Positions 49,022 to 60,156 of a stretch of 64,000 nucleotides of DNA are shown in pieces. Numbering within the stretch: position 1 is the first letter of the stretch; each line of letters begins with the position of its first letter. A program made the position numbers and the translations under genes. Origin of the DNA: Candidatus Omnitrophota bacterium (GTDB taxonomy: Bacteria > Omnitrophota > Omnitrophia > Omnitrophales > Aquincolibacteriaceae); contig JBDRCT010000033.1 in NCBI GenBank assembly GCA_043821445.1, forward strand, positions 69,391 through 133,390, given 5' to 3'. The notes under the pieces were generated by a model. That model was not told the DNA's origin, ran no database searches, and saw nothing but the letters and a program-made list of their open reading frames with translations.

Positions 49022-49645
49022 CTACTTCGAATACAATTCCACGATAAGAGCTTCTTCAACAGGGATTCCCGCATCCGCTTTTGTGGGAAGCCTCGTGATC
49101 TCTCCGATCAATTTTTCACGATCAAGCGCAAGCCATTCAGGAGCATTCAAATCCTTCCACTTCTCCATGCTTGCCTGCACTCTCTTGATCTGCGGCTCCT
49201 TCTGCTTCACACTGATCTTGTCTCCGACTTTGCAAACATAGGAAGGAATATCGACCTTCCGGCCGTTGACGGTGATGTGCCCGTGTCCGACCATTTGACG
49301 CGCTTCCCTGCGGGAACCGGAAAAGAGAAGACGGAATACCACGTTATCCAAACGCCGCTCGTGAAGCTGGATCAACATTTCACCCGTCACGCCTTTCATC
49401 TGGACTGCACGCGCGAAAAACACCCGAAACTGACGCTCGGTGACTCCGTAGATCCTTTTCATTTTTTGTTTTTCACGCAATTGCACGCCATAGTCGGAAA
49501 TTTTTTGACGGGAAAGACCATGCTGCCCGGGCGGTTTTGATAAACGTTTATCATGCTTTTCATCGGTCGTACGTCGACCCTTAAGACCGAGGTTCACCCC
49601 CTCGCGACGGTGCAACCGGATCACTGGACCGCGATATCTCCCCAT
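49022..49645 (-). CDS. rpsD: 30S ribosomal protein S4
   Basis: 207 aa. MGRYRGPVIRLHRREG. Confidence 0.95.
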   Translation of the reverse strand: MGRYRGPVIRLHRREGVNLGLKGRRTTDEKHDKRLSKPPGQHGLSRQKISDYGVQLREKQKMKRIYGVTERQFRVFFARAVQMKGVTGEMLIQLHERRLDNVVFRLLFSGSRREARQMVGHGHITVNGRKVDIPSYVCKVGDKISVKQKEPQIKRVQASMEKWKDLNAPEWLALDREKLIGEITRLPTKADAGIPVEEALIVELYSK

Positions 49646-49647
49646 AA

Positions 49648-50019
49648 TTAAACTCTCCTCTTCTTCGGCGGACGGCAGCCATTATGCGGCACCGGTGTAA
49701 TATCATGGATCGCGCTGATTACAAGTCCTGCGGCCTGAAGCGCACGGATCGCTGATTCGCGGCCCGCGCCGGGGCCTTTGATGTAAACTTCTACTTCTTT
49801 CATTCCGTATTCCATGGATTTTTTGGCGGCCTTCTCAGCAGCCATCTGTGCCGCAAAAGGCGTCGACTTCTTCGAACCCTTAAAACCCGCCGAGCCCGAA
49901 GATTCCCAGCAAACACAGTTGCCGCCGGCATCCGTGATCGTGATAATCGTATTATTGAAACTTGCCGCGATGTGTGCTACGCCGCGGACGATGTGTTTGA
50001 TCTTCTTCTTTTTTGCCAT
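49648..50019 (-). CDS. rpsK: 30S ribosomal protein S11
   Basis: 123 aa. [18 protein letters not shown]. Confidence 0.95.
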   Translation of the reverse strand: MAKKKKIKHIVRGVAHIAASFNNTIITITDAGGNCVCWESSGSAGFKGSKKSTPFAAQMAAEKAAKKSMEYGMKEVEVYIKGPGAGRESAIRALQAAGLVISAIHDITPVPHNGCRPPKKRRV

Positions 50020-50050
50020 AGAATTCCTTTATCTCGGTGATAAGCTCAGA

Positions 50051-50437
50051 TTATTTAGGTGCGGGCGCCCCTTTAGCAAGTCCGCCCACGGTTTTACGTT
50101 TGCCTTTACGGGTGCGTGCATTCGTATGCGTTCTCTGCCCGCGACACGGCAGACCTTTCAAATGCCTCGACCCGCGATAGCAGCGGATATCCATCAGACG
50201 CTTGATGTTCATCTGGATCTCACGCCGAAGATCCCCTTCCACTTTCGTGGTCCGCTGAATAATTCCCGTAAGGGCAGAAACTTCAGCTTCGGTCAGGTCC
50301 TTGGCGCGTTTCGCCGGATCGACCTTAGCTTCCAACAAAATCTTTTTTGAAAGCGTTTTTCCGACCCCGTACAAATAGGTCAACGCTACATCCACTCTTT
50401 TTTCTCTCGGGATATCCACCCCAATGATACGTGGCAT
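50051..50437 (-). CDS. rpsM: 30S ribosomal protein S13
   Basis: 128 aa. [15 protein letters not shown]. Confidence 0.95.
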   Translation of the reverse strand: MPRIIGVDIPREKRVDVALTYLYGVGKTLSKKILLEAKVDPAKRAKDLTEAEVSALTGIIQRTTKVEGDLRREIQMNIKRLMDIRCYRGSRHLKGLPCRGQRTHTNARTRKGKRKTVGGLAKGAPAPK

Positions 50438-50463
50438 ACTCTGGATCCTTTCTTAAAAAATCA

Positions 50464-50577
50464 ATTAACCTTGTCGCTGCTTGTGCTTCGGATTACTGCA
50501 GATCACATACACGTAGCCTTTGCGACGTACGATCTTGCAATTCTCGCAGATTTTTCGAACTGAACTTCGAACTTTCA
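50464..50577 (-). CDS. rpmJ: 50S ribosomal protein L36
   Basis: My translation gives [37 protein letters not shown] (37 aa). It is too short for the ORF track. Confidence 0.85.
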
Positions 50578-50596
50578 TTTTTTCACCTCAGAGAAT

Positions 50597-50815
50597 TCAT
50601 TTAACTCGAAAAGTAATTCTTCCCCGCGTCAGATCGTATGGAGAAAGCTCCATCTTCACTTTGTCCCCCGGAAGAATGCGGATGTAATGCATCCTCATCT
50701 TACCGGAGATGTGCGCCAGCACCTTATGCCCGTTCTCAAGCTCAACGCGGAACATTGCATTGGGCAAAGGCTCGATCACGGTTCCTTCTACTTCGATCGC
50801 ATCTTCTTTCGGCAT
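50597..50815 (-). CDS. infA: Translation initiation factor IF-1
   Basis: 72 aa. [28 protein letters not shown]. Confidence 0.95.
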   Translation of the reverse strand: MPKEDAIEVEGTVIEPLPNAMFRVELENGHKVLAHISGKMRMHYIRILPGDKVKMELSPYDLTRGRITFRVK

Positions 50816-50890
50816 CGTCTAGTCCCAATTCTTATCAATTTCAGAGAATCTGAAATTGGGGCAACCCTTGTCAACCATTTAAGAAAAGAA

Positions 50891-51658
50891 TCACAGGCAA
50901 GGGTAGAGAGCCTCGTCGCCTGTTAAATTCATAAGTCCACTTTCCGTAAAAACAACCGTATCTTCGTAATGACTGGCGTTCTTACGATCTTTTGTGACTA
51001 CCGTCCAACCGTCCTCAAGCGTCTCCACTGCATAATGACCTTCCGTCACCATCGGCTCGATCGCAATCACCAATCCCGGTTCGATCTTGGCCCCCCGCCC
51101 GGCTTTCCCGTAATTCGGAACCTGCGGATCCTCGTGAAGCTGCCGTCCGATCCCATGTCCGGCGTAATCACGGACCAGTTGAAATCCTCGCTCTTCAACG
51201 TATCGCTGGATCGTCTCTGAAATATCCCCGATCCGCCAACCCGATTGATACGCCGCCATCGCTGCGTCAAAGGAGCCCTTCGCGGCACGGATCAACGTCT
51301 GTTTTCTCGGATCGGCCACGCCCACCTGCCAGGTCCTTGCCGCATCCGCATAAAACCCGTTCCATTTAACTCCAATATCAAAACTAACAATATCGCCATC
51401 TTTCAAACGACGCGCACCTGGGATTCCGTGCACCACGGCCTCATTGATGGAAATACAAGCTGCCTTCGGGAACCCGCGATAACCCTTGAACGCCGGTTCC
51501 CCGCCATTTTCAACGATCACCTTTTCTGCCGCGCAATCCAAGGCTTCCGTTGTCACGCCTTCAACGATCATGGGTTTCACGACCGAGAATATTTTTTTCA
51601 GGATCTTCCCGGCTTCCAAAATCAGTTGAATTTCACGTTTTGATTTCAACTCGATCAT
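50891..51658 (-). CDS. map: Methionine aminopeptidase type I
   Basis: 255 aa. HGIPG...DIGV...GHGIGR metal-ligand motifs. Confidence 0.9.
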   Translation of the reverse strand: MIELKSKREIQLILEAGKILKKIFSVVKPMIVEGVTTEALDCAAEKVIVENGGEPAFKGYRGFPKAACISINEAVVHGIPGARRLKDGDIVSFDIGVKWNGFYADAARTWQVGVADPRKQTLIRAAKGSFDAAMAAYQSGWRIGDISETIQRYVEERGFQLVRDYAGHGIGRQLHEDPQVPNYGKAGRGAKIEPGLVIAIEPMVTEGHYAVETLEDGWTVVTKDRKNASHYEDTVVFTESGLMNLTGDEALYPCL

Positions 51659-51664
51659 GCAAAC

Positions 51665-52318
51665 CTAGTGGATCTTTTCAAAGAGCTTTTCTAGGACCTT
51701 CTGGACCGACGGGGCATCGCCCCCTGCCGGAACATCATGGAGCAGCCCCGTTTTGCGATAGAACTCCACGAGCGGCTTCGTCGACTCGTGATAAACCTTA
51801 AGCCTGTGACGGATCGTCTCGGGCTCATCATCCTTGCGGGTCGTTAACTTCTCCCCGTCTACATCGCAAATCCCGTCCTTTTTCGGAGGCATATTGCGAA
51901 CATGATAGATCTTTCCGCACTTGGGGCAACCCCGCCGGCCCGAAAGCCGGTCGACAAGCACTTCTTCCGGCGCCATAAAATTGATCGCAGCCGTCAATGC
52001 GATCTTTTCCTTGGAGAAAAACTTTTCGAGCGCCTCGGCCTGAACAATCGTCCGGGGATACCCATCCAGAATAAAACCCTTGGAACTTTTCAATGCCAAG
52101 ATCTCATCGAATATCATGTCGTTCACAAGTTCGTCAGAAACAAGTTCGCCGCGTTCTATGACGGCCTTTGCCTGCAACCCGAGCGATGTGCCTTCCTTAA
52201 CATTCTTCCTTAAAATATCTCCTGCGGCCAACTGCAGCACACCATATTTTTCACAAATCACCTTGGCATGGGTGCCTTTTCCGGCTCCCGGAGGCCCCAA
52301 GAAGATCAGATTCATCAA
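51665..52318 (-). CDS. adk: Adenylate kinase
   Basis: 217 aa. LIFLGPPGAGKGT, and a Zn lid (CPKCGKIYH...CDVDGE). Confidence 0.9.
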   Translation of the reverse strand: MMNLIFLGPPGAGKGTHAKVICEKYGVLQLAAGDILRKNVKEGTSLGLQAKAVIERGELVSDELVNDMIFDEILALKSSKGFILDGYPRTIVQAEALEKFFSKEKIALTAAINFMAPEEVLVDRLSGRRGCPKCGKIYHVRNMPPKKDGICDVDGEKLTTRKDDEPETIRHRLKVYHESTKPLVEFYRKTGLLHDVPAGGDAPSVQKVLEKLFEKIH

Positions 52319-53664
52319 CGGCGCCCCTTCAAACGGCCCCGTTTAATGAACCCATCATAATGTCGCATCACCAGCTGAGACTCGATGGATTTCATCACAT
52401 CCAGCACCACGCCGACAATGATAAGAAGCCCGGTGCCGCCGAAAAAACTCGCGATCAGGAACGGGATATTCAACACATGCGGTGACGAGACGATCTTTGG
52501 AAAAAGTGCGATCAAAGCCAGGATCAAGGCTCCCGCCGTCGCGATCCTCGTCATCAGATAATCTAGATATTCCGCCGTGTTTTTTCCCGGTCGGATCCCC
52601 GGCACGAAACCGCCATATTTCTGGAGATTGTCGCTTACTTCGATCGGGTTAAATGTGATGGCCGTATAAAAAAAAGTAAAAAATATGATCAAAATGGCAT
52701 CCAGGGCCATATAGCCCCCGCTTCCGTAACTGATCGCCTGGGCAATCCTTGTGAAAGCTCCGGCATTCGGAAAAAAACCCGCGATCGTAGCCGGAAATAG
52801 AATGACCGACTGAGCAAAAATGATCGGGATCACACCCGCCTGGTTCACTTTGAGCGGCAAATACGTGCTCTGCCCGCCGTAAGTCCTGTGCCCCCGGATC
52901 TGTTTTGCATACTGGACAGGGATCTTTCGCTGCCCCTGAATGATCAAGATCAGAAAGATCACCGCGCCCACGAAAAGCCCGCACATAACCACAAATTTCC
53001 ACCATGCAAGTTGCTGACGCGACGGATCGAGCGGCGAAAGCAGGACCCATGTCTGGCGCAATGCTTCCGGCAGGGAGTCGATGATGCCCGCGGTAATGAT
53101 GACCGACATACCGTTGCCAATACCATAATTATCGATCTGCTCGCCGAGCCACATGATGAATGCTGTGCCTGTAGTCATGGTCAGCATACACATCAAACGG
53201 AAACCCCAACCCGGATCCGGCACGATCACCGATCCCCCGAAAGCTGCCGGGTTTTCAAGCCAAAGAGCGATAAAGAATGTCTGCAAGATACTCAGGACGA
53301 TCGTCCCGTAGCGTGTGTATTGGATGATCTTCTTGCGGCCTTCCTCGCCTTCCTTCGCGAGTTTCTCGAGAGCCGGTATCACCACGGTCAAAAGCTGTAA
53401 AATGATCGATGCCGAAATATAAGGCATGATCCCCAACGCGAAGATCGTCGCTTTCTGGAGTGCGCCTCCGGTGAACATCCCCATAAAACCCAGGAGTGAT
53501 CCGCCGGACATATGCTGCTGGAAAAATCGCGCGAGCGCAACGCCGTCGATCCCGGGTGTCGGCACATAAGTCCCTATTCGATACACGGCGATGATGCCGA
53601 GCGTAAATAGGATCTTTTTTCGCAAATCGGGGACTTTTAAGATATTTCCGAACGCTTGTAGCAC
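52315..53664 (-). CDS. secY: Preprotein translocase subunit SecY
   Basis: 449 aa. A 10-TM SecY pattern. Confidence 0.95.
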   Translation of the reverse strand: MLQAFGNILKVPDLRKKILFTLGIIAVYRIGTYVPTPGIDGVALARFFQQHMSGGSLLGFMGMFTGGALQKATIFALGIMPYISASIILQLLTVVIPALEKLAKEGEEGRKKIIQYTRYGTIVLSILQTFFIALWLENPAAFGGSVIVPDPGWGFRLMCMLTMTTGTAFIMWLGEQIDNYGIGNGMSVIITAGIIDSLPEALRQTWVLLSPLDPSRQQLAWWKFVVMCGLFVGAVIFLILIIQGQRKIPVQYAKQIRGHRTYGGQSTYLPLKVNQAGVIPIIFAQSVILFPATIAGFFPNAGAFTRIAQAISYGSGGYMALDAILIIFFTFFYTAITFNPIEVSDNLQKYGGFVPGIRPGKNTAEYLDYLMTRIATAGALILALIALFPKIVSSPHVLNIPFLIASFFGGTGLLIIVGVVLDVMKSIESQLVMRHYDGFIKRGRLKGRR

Positions 53665-53679
53665 CAGAACTCCGTTCTT

Positions 53680-53753
53680 GCACTGTGTTCTATTTAATTT
53701 TAAAGGTTCACAGTGCTAGTACCGTGCACCCTTAAAAATTAATCTGACACGGT
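53680..53753. repeat. X2: intergenic double-hairpin element between rplO and secY
   Basis: H1 is GCACTGTG-loop(ttctatttaattttaaaggtt)-CACAGTGC. H2 is ACCGTG-loop(cacccttaaaaattaatctga)-CACGGT. The loops are homologous to those of X1 and X3. It also shares the 10-mer CTAGTACCGT with X1. Confidence 0.7.
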
Positions 53754-53762
53754 GCTTGTTAT

Positions 53763-54194
53763 TTATTTTCCGAGCAGAATGGCTTGACCGCCCTTAGACT
53801 CGATCTTGATCTTCGCGGAACCGCTGAAAAGATGGGCCTTCACGGTGACGGCTTTCTTAAGCTCCCCGGATCCGAGGATCTTCAATCCGTCACGTAGTTC
53901 TTTAATGACATTTTTAGCGAGCAATAATTCCGGCGTGATCTCTTTATCTTCAAGCTTTGCCAACGTCTGAAGATTCACAATCGCATAAACCTTTTTGAAC
54001 GCACTGCGATTAAAACCCCTCTTCGGAAGACGGCGATAAAGAGGATTCTGTCCGCCTTCAAACCCCGGATTCAAAGTAAAGCCCGAACGGGCCCTCTGTC
54101 CTTTGTGCCCCTTGGTCGAGGTTTTCCCATGCCCGGAACCGATCCCGCATCCTAAACGTTTTTTACGCTTTTTATAAGGAGTCTTGTGTCTCAT
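53763..54194 (-). CDS. rplO: 50S ribosomal protein L15
   Basis: 143 aa. [23 protein letters not shown]. Confidence 0.9.
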   Translation of the reverse strand: MRHKTPYKKRKKRLGCGIGSGHGKTSTKGHKGQRARSGFTLNPGFEGGQNPLYRRLPKRGFNRSAFKKVYAIVNLQTLAKLEDKEITPELLLAKNVIKELRDGLKILGSGELKKAVTVKAHLFSGSAKIKIESKGGQAILLGK

Positions 54195-54760
54195 GAGACT
54201 TTTTCACCTTCTAAGTCATAACGAACCTTGCGGTCCACAAGCGCGGTCAGCCCGTCAATCGTGGCTTTCAAAACATTAATGGAATTATCGCTGCCAAGGC
54301 TCTTCGTTAAAATATCCTTAATCCCGCAGGCCTCGCACGCCGCACGCACCGAACCACCAGCGATGATCCCCGTACCGGGAGAGGCAGGCTTCAAAAGAAC
54401 TTTCGCCGCACCGTAGCGCCCGATCACCTCGTGAGGGATCGTTGTTCCTTTGAGCGTGACCTTAATGATGTTCTTGCGGGCCGCGACAAGCGCCTTGCGG
54501 ATCGCATCCGCGACCTCGTTGGCCTTGCCCTGAGAATACCCCAGCTGAGCGGTGCCGTTACCCACCACCACCAACGCGCTGAATGAAAAACGTTTTCCGC
54601 CTTTCACGACCTTGGCACAGCGGTTCACCTGAATGACCTTTTCGTAGGTCGTCGAACCATCCGCCGATAGGGTGGGAGTTCGGGAAGACCGCGAGGGGGA
54701 TTGAGGAGCCCTCGGACCCGCTTTATGCTGTGTTTTCGGCGCTGCAGCTGTTTTTTCCAT
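54191..54760 (-). CDS. rpsE: 30S ribosomal protein S5, with an N-terminal extension of about 35 aa
   Basis: 189 aa. [25 protein letters not shown]. It overlaps rplO directly, so there is no rpmD (L30) in between. Confidence 0.9.
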   Translation of the reverse strand: MEKTAAAPKTQHKAGPRAPQSPSRSSRTPTLSADGSTTYEKVIQVNRCAKVVKGGKRFSFSALVVVGNGTAQLGYSQGKANEVADAIRKALVAARKNIIKVTLKGTTIPHEVIGRYGAAKVLLKPASPGTGIIAGGSVRAACEACGIKDILTKSLGSDNSINVLKATIDGLTALVDRKVRYDLEGEKVS

Positions 54761-54827
54761 GCTGAGTGGATTTCCTTTCGGTTTACCTCGTTTTACGAGG
54801 TGAACCCCGTTCTACGGGGCAAGCTCT

Positions 54828-55190
54828 TTAAAATTGAATGCCGTTCTTACGGATCGCTTCAGCTAAGGCCTTCACACGACCATGGTAAAGATACCCGCCG
54901 CGATCAAACGATATTTTCCCCACACCTTTTTTCTTAAGCTCCTCGGCGAAAAGTTGCCCCAACTGTTCGGAGATGTGGATCTTTCCCTTCTTGGTGGTTG
55001 CTTTCACAATTTTTTTATCCAAAGAAGATAGCGAGGCAAGCGTTTTCTGGGAAATATCATCAATGGCTTGCACGAAAATATTTTTCAGGGAGCGATGTAC
55101 GACCACCCGCGGCCTCTCGGCCGACCCGATGACCTTTTTTCGGACCCGGCGATGCCTTTGGATCCTTCCCCATTCTTTTTCCTGGACCAT
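54828..55190 (-). CDS. rplR: 50S ribosomal protein L18
   Basis: 120 aa. Confidence 0.9.
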   Translation of the reverse strand: MVQEKEWGRIQRHRRVRKKVIGSAERPRVVVHRSLKNIFVQAIDDISQKTLASLSSLDKKIVKATTKKGKIHISEQLGQLFAEELKKKGVGKISFDRGGYLYHGRVKALAEAIRKNGIQF

Positions 55191-55205
55191 AAATTCTAAA
55201 CTCCC

Positions 55206-55742
55206 CTAACTGACCGTTTTACCCTGTTTGCGACGCACATGCTCGTCAAGGTAGCGGATACCCTTCCCCTTGTACGGTTCGGGCTTCATAAAACTGCGGA
55301 TCTCGGCGGCCGTCTGCCCAACACGTTGCTTGTCGGCCCCTGCAATGATGATCGAGGTCGGCTTCGGACATTTAATCTCCACATCCTTACCAAACGGATA
55401 ATCGATCGGGTGCGTGAATCCGAGTGACAGAGTCAACACGCTATCCTTCACGGAAGCCTTCATGCCAACACCCACGATCTCGAGCTCCTTTGCATAGCCT
55501 TGCGTCACACCCGTCACCATATTCTGGATCAAACTGCGCGTCAGACCATGGAGCGCACGATCCGTACGGATATCCGTGGGACGGGTAACCTTGACCTCCG
55601 CCCCTTCGACCTTGACCGTGATACGAGGATGAACGCTCAAAGTAAGTTCACCCTTAGGCCCTTGGACTTTCAAGACCGTACCCTGGACCGCAACTTTCAC
55701 TTTTTCAGGGATCGTAACTGGCTTTCTTCCAATGCGTGACAT
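55206..55742 (-). CDS. rplF: 50S ribosomal protein L6
   Basis: 178 aa. MSRIGRKPVTIP. Confidence 0.9.
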   Translation of the reverse strand: MSRIGRKPVTIPEKVKVAVQGTVLKVQGPKGELTLSVHPRITVKVEGAEVKVTRPTDIRTDRALHGLTRSLIQNMVTGVTQGYAKELEIVGVGMKASVKDSVLTLSLGFTHPIDYPFGKDVEIKCPKPTSIIIAGADKQRVGQTAAEIRSFMKPEPYKGKGIRYLDEHVRRKQGKTVS

Positions 55743-55773
55743 AATTCCCTTTGATTATCCGCTTAATGGATTA

Positions 55774-56175
55774 TTACCAAACCGTGCAAAGAATTTCACC
55801 GCCGGCCTTGGCCTCACGGGCCTGCCGTCCGGTTAAAACGCCCTTGGGAGTTGAAAGGATCGCTACTCCGAATCCCCCGAGAACCTTGGGGATCTCCTGA
55901 TATCCGACATAGCGGCGTAACCCCGGCGTGGAGACGCGCTTCAGCCCCTGGATCGCCGCTTTCTTGCCCCCAGAGAGATATTTCAGATGGATGCGCACAA
56001 AATTTTTGTTCCCATCATTGAACGGTTTTACGTTCTCGATGAAACCCTCTTTCTTCAAAAGTTCCGCGATCCGTACCGTGATCACAGAAGCCGGGGCGGT
56101 CAATTTCTCCTTATGCGCCTTCGAGGCGTTCCGGATGGACGTTAAAAAATCTCCGATAAAATCATAGCGCGACAT
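55774..56175 (-). CDS. rpsH: 30S ribosomal protein S8
   Basis: 133 aa. DFIGDFLTSIRNA. Confidence 0.95.
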   Translation of the reverse strand: MSRYDFIGDFLTSIRNASKAHKEKLTAPASVITVRIAELLKKEGFIENVKPFNDGNKNFVRIHLKYLSGGKKAAIQGLKRVSTPGLRRYVGYQEIPKVLGGFGVAILSTPKGVLTGRQAREAKAGGEILCTVW

Positions 56176-56193
56176 GAAAACATTTCCTCCTGA

Positions 56194-56379
56194 TTACCAG
56201 CTGGATTTGACCACGCCCGGAAGCATGCCCGTGTTGGCCAACTCCCGGAAACAGATGCGGCAGATAGAGAATTTCCGGATATAGCCGCGCGGACGTCCGC
56301 ACCGCTGGCAGCGGTTGTATTTTCTGACCTTGAATTTCGGTTCCAATCTCTGCTTAACGATCAAACAAGTTTTTGCCAT
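56194..56379 (-). CDS. rpsZ: 30S ribosomal protein S14 type Z (zinc-binding)
   Basis: 61 aa. [23 protein letters not shown]. Confidence 0.9.
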   Translation of the reverse strand: MAKTCLIVKQRLEPKFKVRKYNRCQRCGRPRGYIRKFSICRICFRELANTGMLPGVVKSSW

Positions 56380-56389
56380 TTGAAATCCC

Positions 56390-56950
56390 TTATTTCCTGA
56401 AAGGAAAGCCCAAAAGCTCCAGGAGCCGCTTTCCCTCTTTGCTGTTCTCGGCCGTGGTCACAAACGTGATGTCCATGCCTTGGGTCTTTTTCATCTTATC
56501 AAATTCCACTTCCGCGAAGATCGTCTGCTCGGTGAGCCCAATCGTGAAATTCCCGCGTTGGTCGAAGCTTTTATCCAAAAATCCGCGGAAGTCACGGATA
56601 CGCGGCATGGCAAAGTTAAAAAGACGGTCCATGAATTCGTACATGCGGCTCTTCCGGAGCGTCACTTTCAATCCGATCGGCGACCCTTGGCGAAGTTTAA
56701 AAGCCGAAATGGACTTCTTCGCGCGCGTCACCACCGGTCTTTGTCCGACGATACGCGAAAGCTCGATCGCGAGCTGATCCAAGATCTTAATATCCTCCTG
56801 GCCTTCTTTCACGCCCATATTGACCACGATCTTCTCCACCCGCGGCGCCTGCATGGGGTTCTTATAGCCGAACTCCTCGAGAAGTGTCGGCACGACCTCC
56901 GTGCGGTATTTCTCAAGTAGTCTTGGGGCTACGGTGACTTTTTGATTCAT
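56390..56950 (-). CDS. rplE: 50S ribosomal protein L5
   Basis: 186 aa. Confidence 0.95.
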   Translation of the reverse strand: MNQKVTVAPRLLEKYRTEVVPTLLEEFGYKNPMQAPRVEKIVVNMGVKEGQEDIKILDQLAIELSRIVGQRPVVTRAKKSISAFKLRQGSPIGLKVTLRKSRMYEFMDRLFNFAMPRIRDFRGFLDKSFDQRGNFTIGLTEQTIFAEVEFDKMKKTQGMDITFVTTAENSKEGKRLLELLGFPFRK

Positions 56951-56955
56951 GATAT

Positions 56956-57264
56956 TTATAAAACCTCGCCTGATGCTTTAACCATACGGTGCTTGGTCCC
57001 ATCCGCGAGGATGGAATACCCCACGCGGGAAGGCTTGCCGCTACGCGGACAAATAAGCTTGACGTTCGAAACATGGAGCTTCCCTTCCATCTTCGTGATC
57101 CCACCCTTCGGATTTTCCTGGCTCTTGCGTAGATAGCACGTCCGATAATTGATCTTTTCGATCAAAAGCTTCCCCTCTTTCGGGAATGCGCGCATCACGC
57201 GCCCTTTTTTCCCGCTGTCTTTCCCCTTGGTCACCATCACTTCATCGCCTTTACGTATCTTCAT
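56956..57264 (-). CDS. rplX: 50S ribosomal protein L24
   Basis: 102 aa. MKIRKGDEVMVTKGKDSGKKG. Confidence 0.9.
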   Translation of the reverse strand: MKIRKGDEVMVTKGKDSGKKGRVMRAFPKEGKLLIEKINYRTCYLRKSQENPKGGITKMEGKLHVSNVKLICPRSGKPSRVGYSILADGTKHRMVKASGEVL

Positions 57265-57267
57265 AAC

Positions 57268-57636
57268 TTAAACGACCTCCGGCGCGAGCGAGATGATCTT
57301 GGAGAAATCACAATCACGGAGCTCACGGGCCACGGGGCCAAAAATGCGCGTCCCGCGCGGGTTCTTCTGATTATCGATCAACACAATGGCATTTGACGAA
57401 AATTTCACGGAAGAGCCGTCCTTGCGCCGGATCGGGGATTTTGTCCTCACGACCACCGCCCTCACGACCTCTCCTTTTTTGACCGCCCCGCTCGGAAGCG
57501 CTTCCTTCACGGACGCGGTAATAATATCTCCCACTTCAGCGGAACGCTTGCTGTGACGGCCGATCACACCAATCATGGCCGCTTTTTTTGCGCCGCTATT
57601 ATCGGCGATCTCGAGAACGCTTCGCATCTGGATCAT
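57268..57636 (-). CDS. rplN: 50S ribosomal protein L14
   Basis: The start is at [18 protein letters not shown], which overlaps rpsQ by 4 nt. Confidence 0.9.
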   Translation of the reverse strand: MIQMRSVLEIADNSGAKKAAMIGVIGRHSKRSAEVGDIITASVKEALPSGAVKKGEVVRAVVVRTKSPIRRKDGSSVKFSSNAIVLIDNQKNPRGTRIFGPVARELRDCDFSKIISLAPEVV

Positions 57637-57896
57637 GACGGCAGCACCTTCACGAGACGCCAACGTTTGGTCTTGGAAAGCGGCCGGGTCTCGACGATCT
57701 GGACGCGGCTCCCTTCTTTGGCCTCGTTCTTCTCATCATGCGCGAAATATTTGACGTGCCGCTTGATGATCTTCTTGAATTTAGAATGCTTTAACAGGCG
57801 GGTGACAAGCACCGTGATGGTCTTGTTCATCTTTGAACTGACGACCACGCCCTCACGAACTCGCTTACTTTGAGCTTCAGGCCCGTTCTCGGTCAT
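57633..57896 (-). CDS. rpsQ: 30S ribosomal protein S17
   Basis: 87 aa. Confidence 0.9.
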   Translation of the reverse strand: MTENGPEAQSKRVREGVVVSSKMNKTITVLVTRLLKHSKFKKIIKRHVKYFAHDEKNEAKEGSRVQIVETRPLSKTKRWRLVKVLPS

Positions 57897-58099
57897 GACT
57901 TTTTCTCGCCTTTCTTCTTTTCGGTGATCACGGTCTTGACGCGTGCGATGTCGCGCTTGGCTTCCTTCAGCGCGGACTGTCGTTCGAGCTTGCCGGTCTT
58001 ATGCTGGAACCGGAGCTGCATCAAACCCTTTTTCAAAACGTTGACCTTCTCGTTTAATTCCTCAATGCTGAGTTCTTTTAATTCCGTGACTTTCAACAT
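57893..58099 (-). CDS. rpmC: 50S ribosomal protein L29
   Basis: 68 aa. Confidence 0.9.
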   Translation of the reverse strand: MLKVTELKELSIEELNEKVNVLKKGLMQLRFQHKTGKLERQSALKEAKRDIARVKTVITEKKKGEKKS

Positions 58100-58100
58100 A

Positions 58101-58520
58101 TTAAGTTGCTGCCTCGCGTTTCACGAATTTGGTACGGAACGGGATCTTATGGGCGCAAAGCCTCATGGCTGAACGAGCCATCTCTTCCGGAACACCCCCC
58201 ATTTCAAAAAGGATCTTGCCGGGCTTAATGACCGCAACGTAATGCGAAGGAGCAGCTTTTCCTTTGCCCATGCGGGTCTCGGCAGGCTTCTTGGAGACCG
58301 ATTTGTCCGGGAAAACGCGCAACCAGATCTTGCCGCCGCGTTTGACGTGACGCGTCAGAGCTACACGGGCCGCTTCGATCTGGACTCCTGTCAGCCAATG
58401 GCAGGCAAGGGCTTTCAGGCCGAACTCTCCGAACGACAAATTACTGCCTCGCGTGGCGATCCCGCGCATCCAACCGCGCTGCTGCTTGCGAAATTTAACC
58501 CTCTTAGGCTGTAGGGGCAT
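58101..58520 (-). CDS. rplP: 50S ribosomal protein L16
   Basis: The start is probably [16 protein letters not shown]. The track ORF begins further upstream. Confidence 0.9.
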   Translation of the reverse strand: MPLQPKRVKFRKQQRGWMRGIATRGSNLSFGEFGLKALACHWLTGVQIEAARVALTRHVKRGGKIWLRVFPDKSVSKKPAETRMGKGKAAPSHYVAVIKPGKILFEMGGVPEEMARSAMRLCAHKIPFRTKFVKREAAT

Positions 58521-59289
58521 CGCTCTTATTCTCCTGTGTCCCGCTATGCTGGGACGCTTCCGAAGCAGGCTTGGCCGCTTCCACAACTTCTGTTTTGGGG
58601 ATCTCTTCTTCAGCGACCTTAAATTTTTTCTCGAGCTCGAGCTTCTGAGCTTCCTGCTCTTTTTTCACGAGCACATCCCCCTTGTAGATCCAGGTCTTGC
58701 AACCAATGGTTCCATAGGTGGTAAAGGCTTCGGCAAAACCGTAATCGATATCCGCGCGGAAAGTGCTGAGCGGAACTTTTCCTTCATGATATTTTTCTTC
58801 GCGAGCGATCTCCGCGCCGCCGAGACGGCCCTTGCACTGCACTTTGATTCCAAGCGCACCCTTCTGCATCGCAAGCTGGATGGATTTTTTCATTGCGCGC
58901 CGGAACCCGATGCGCTTTTCAAGCTGCAGCACGATATTCTCGGCCACAAGTTGCGCGTCGATCTGAGGCATCTTCACTTCCTTGATATCCAGGAACACCT
59001 CGTTCTTCGTCAGTGCCGCAAGGTCCTCTTTGATCTTATCGATCTCTTGACCGCGCCGCCCGATAATAACACCGGGCTTGGCCGCGAAAATACGAATACG
59101 GCACCGATTCGACGCCCGGTCGATCTCGATCGAAGAAATACCGGCGATCGCCAGCTTTTTCTTCAAATAGGCACGGATCTTGAGGTCCTCCATGAGAATA
59201 GTCCCGGCGTCACGCTTAGCGAACCAACGCGCTTTCCAGGGCTTGATGTACCCAAGCCTCAAACCGTAAGGATGAACTTTCTGACCCAA
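58504..59289 (-). CDS. rpsC: 30S ribosomal protein S3
   Basis: 261 aa. (M)[12 protein letters not shown] from a TTG start, with a GGGAGG SD 8 nt upstream. Confidence 0.95.
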   Translation of the reverse strand: MGQKVHPYGLRLGYIKPWKARWFAKRDAGTILMEDLKIRAYLKKKLAIAGISSIEIDRASNRCRIRIFAAKPGVIIGRRGQEIDKIKEDLAALTKNEVFLDIKEVKMPQIDAQLVAENIVLQLEKRIGFRRAMKKSIQLAMQKGALGIKVQCKGRLGGAEIAREEKYHEGKVPLSTFRADIDYGFAEAFTTYGTIGCKTWIYKGDVLVKKEQEAQKLELEKKFKVAEEEIPKTEVVEAAKPASEASQHSGTQENKSDAPTA

Positions 59290-59318
59290 AATAACCTCCC
59301 TTATGCCTTCGTTCTTTT

Positions 59319-59393
59319 ATACTGTTCCCAATTAAATTTTAAGGGTTAACAGTATTATGCCGCATACCCTTAAATTTAAATGTGATGCGGCAT
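59319..59393. repeat. X3: intergenic double-hairpin element between rplV and rpsC
   Basis: H1 is ATACTGTT-loop(cccaattaaattttaagggtt)-AACAGTAT. H2 is ATGCCGCAT-loop(acccttaaatttaaatgtg)-ATGCGGCAT. H2 overlaps the rplV stop by 1 nt. Confidence 0.7.
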
Positions 59394-59842
59394 TAAGCCG
59401 CCGCGGCGGTTTTTTTCTTGTTCTTCGCTTTCGCGTCTTCCGGCGATCTTCCGCCCCAAAACTTGATTCCTTCGCGGACTTCCACGGTCAGGTGGGTGGT
59501 CCGTTTGAGAATTTTATCCGCACGCCCCATAGAACGGGTCAGAAACCGTTTGAATACCGGCCCCCCATCCGCACGCACGTTCGATACATAAAGACGGTTT
59601 TCATTCAATCCCAGATTCTTGGCGTTCGAGATGGCGCTTTTCAAAGTCTTGACCGCCATCTTAGCGCCCTTCTTTTTAAGAAGCATCAGAATCCCGACCG
59701 CTTCCTGGGCCGGTTGCCTCCGGATTGTATCGATCACAAGACGCATCTTTCGCGGCGCGATCCTTAAGTGCTTCGTAAGCGCTCTGACGACGCGCGGCGA
59801 CGGCGCTACATCTACTTTTGATTTTTTTTCGTCCTTGGCCAT
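59393..59842 (-). CDS. rplV: 50S ribosomal protein L22
   Basis: 149 aa. Confidence 0.9.
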   Translation of the reverse strand: MAKDEKKSKVDVAPSPRVVRALTKHLRIAPRKMRLVIDTIRRQPAQEAVGILMLLKKKGAKMAVKTLKSAISNAKNLGLNENRLYVSNVRADGGPVFKRFLTRSMGRADKILKRTTHLTVEVREGIKFWGGRSPEDAKAKNKKKTAAAA

Positions 59843-59856
59843 GATGTTCTTTCAGA

Positions 59857-60156
59857 TCAGGTTGTTGAGCCGGCGGCAAGAGCTTTTGCCTTATCGCCCG
59901 AAGCGCTGTGTTTCCTGAACGTTCGTGTCGGAGAGAATTCCCCGACCTTGTGTCCGACCATATTCTCGGTCACGAACACATTAATAAAATTTTTTCCGTT
60001 ATGGACCGACAGCGTAACGCCGATGAACTCCGGCGTGATCGTCGAGCATCGCGACCAGGTTTTGATGGGACGGCGATCTTTTTTTTGATTCGCTGTTTGG
60101 ACCTTACCTAAAAGCCTGTCGTCAACGTAGACGCCTTTTTTTGCTGAACGGCTCAT
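59857..60156 (-). CDS. rpsS: 30S ribosomal protein S19
   Basis: 99 aa. [12 protein letters not shown]. Confidence 0.95.
   Translation of the reverse strand: MSRSAKKGVYVDDRLLGKVQTANQKKDRRPIKTWSRCSTITPEFIGVTLSVHNGKNFINVFVTENMVGHKVGEFSPTRTFRKHSASGDKAKALAAGSTT

Noticed and set aside
50455-50470. AAGGTTAATTG at the rpmJ stop, matching part of the R-element motif
   Set aside because: It is an 11-nt coincidence within the conserved L36 C-terminal codons (RQG*). No flanking motif is present.
50816-50890. Nested hairpin (cccaatt...aattggg with inner tcaga/tctga) plus a TTGACA box in the map|infA spacer, considered as another X-family copy
   Set aside because: It shares only the CCCAATT word with the X and R loops, and lacks the conserved loop sequences. 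It is probably the ordinary infA promoter or attenuator region.
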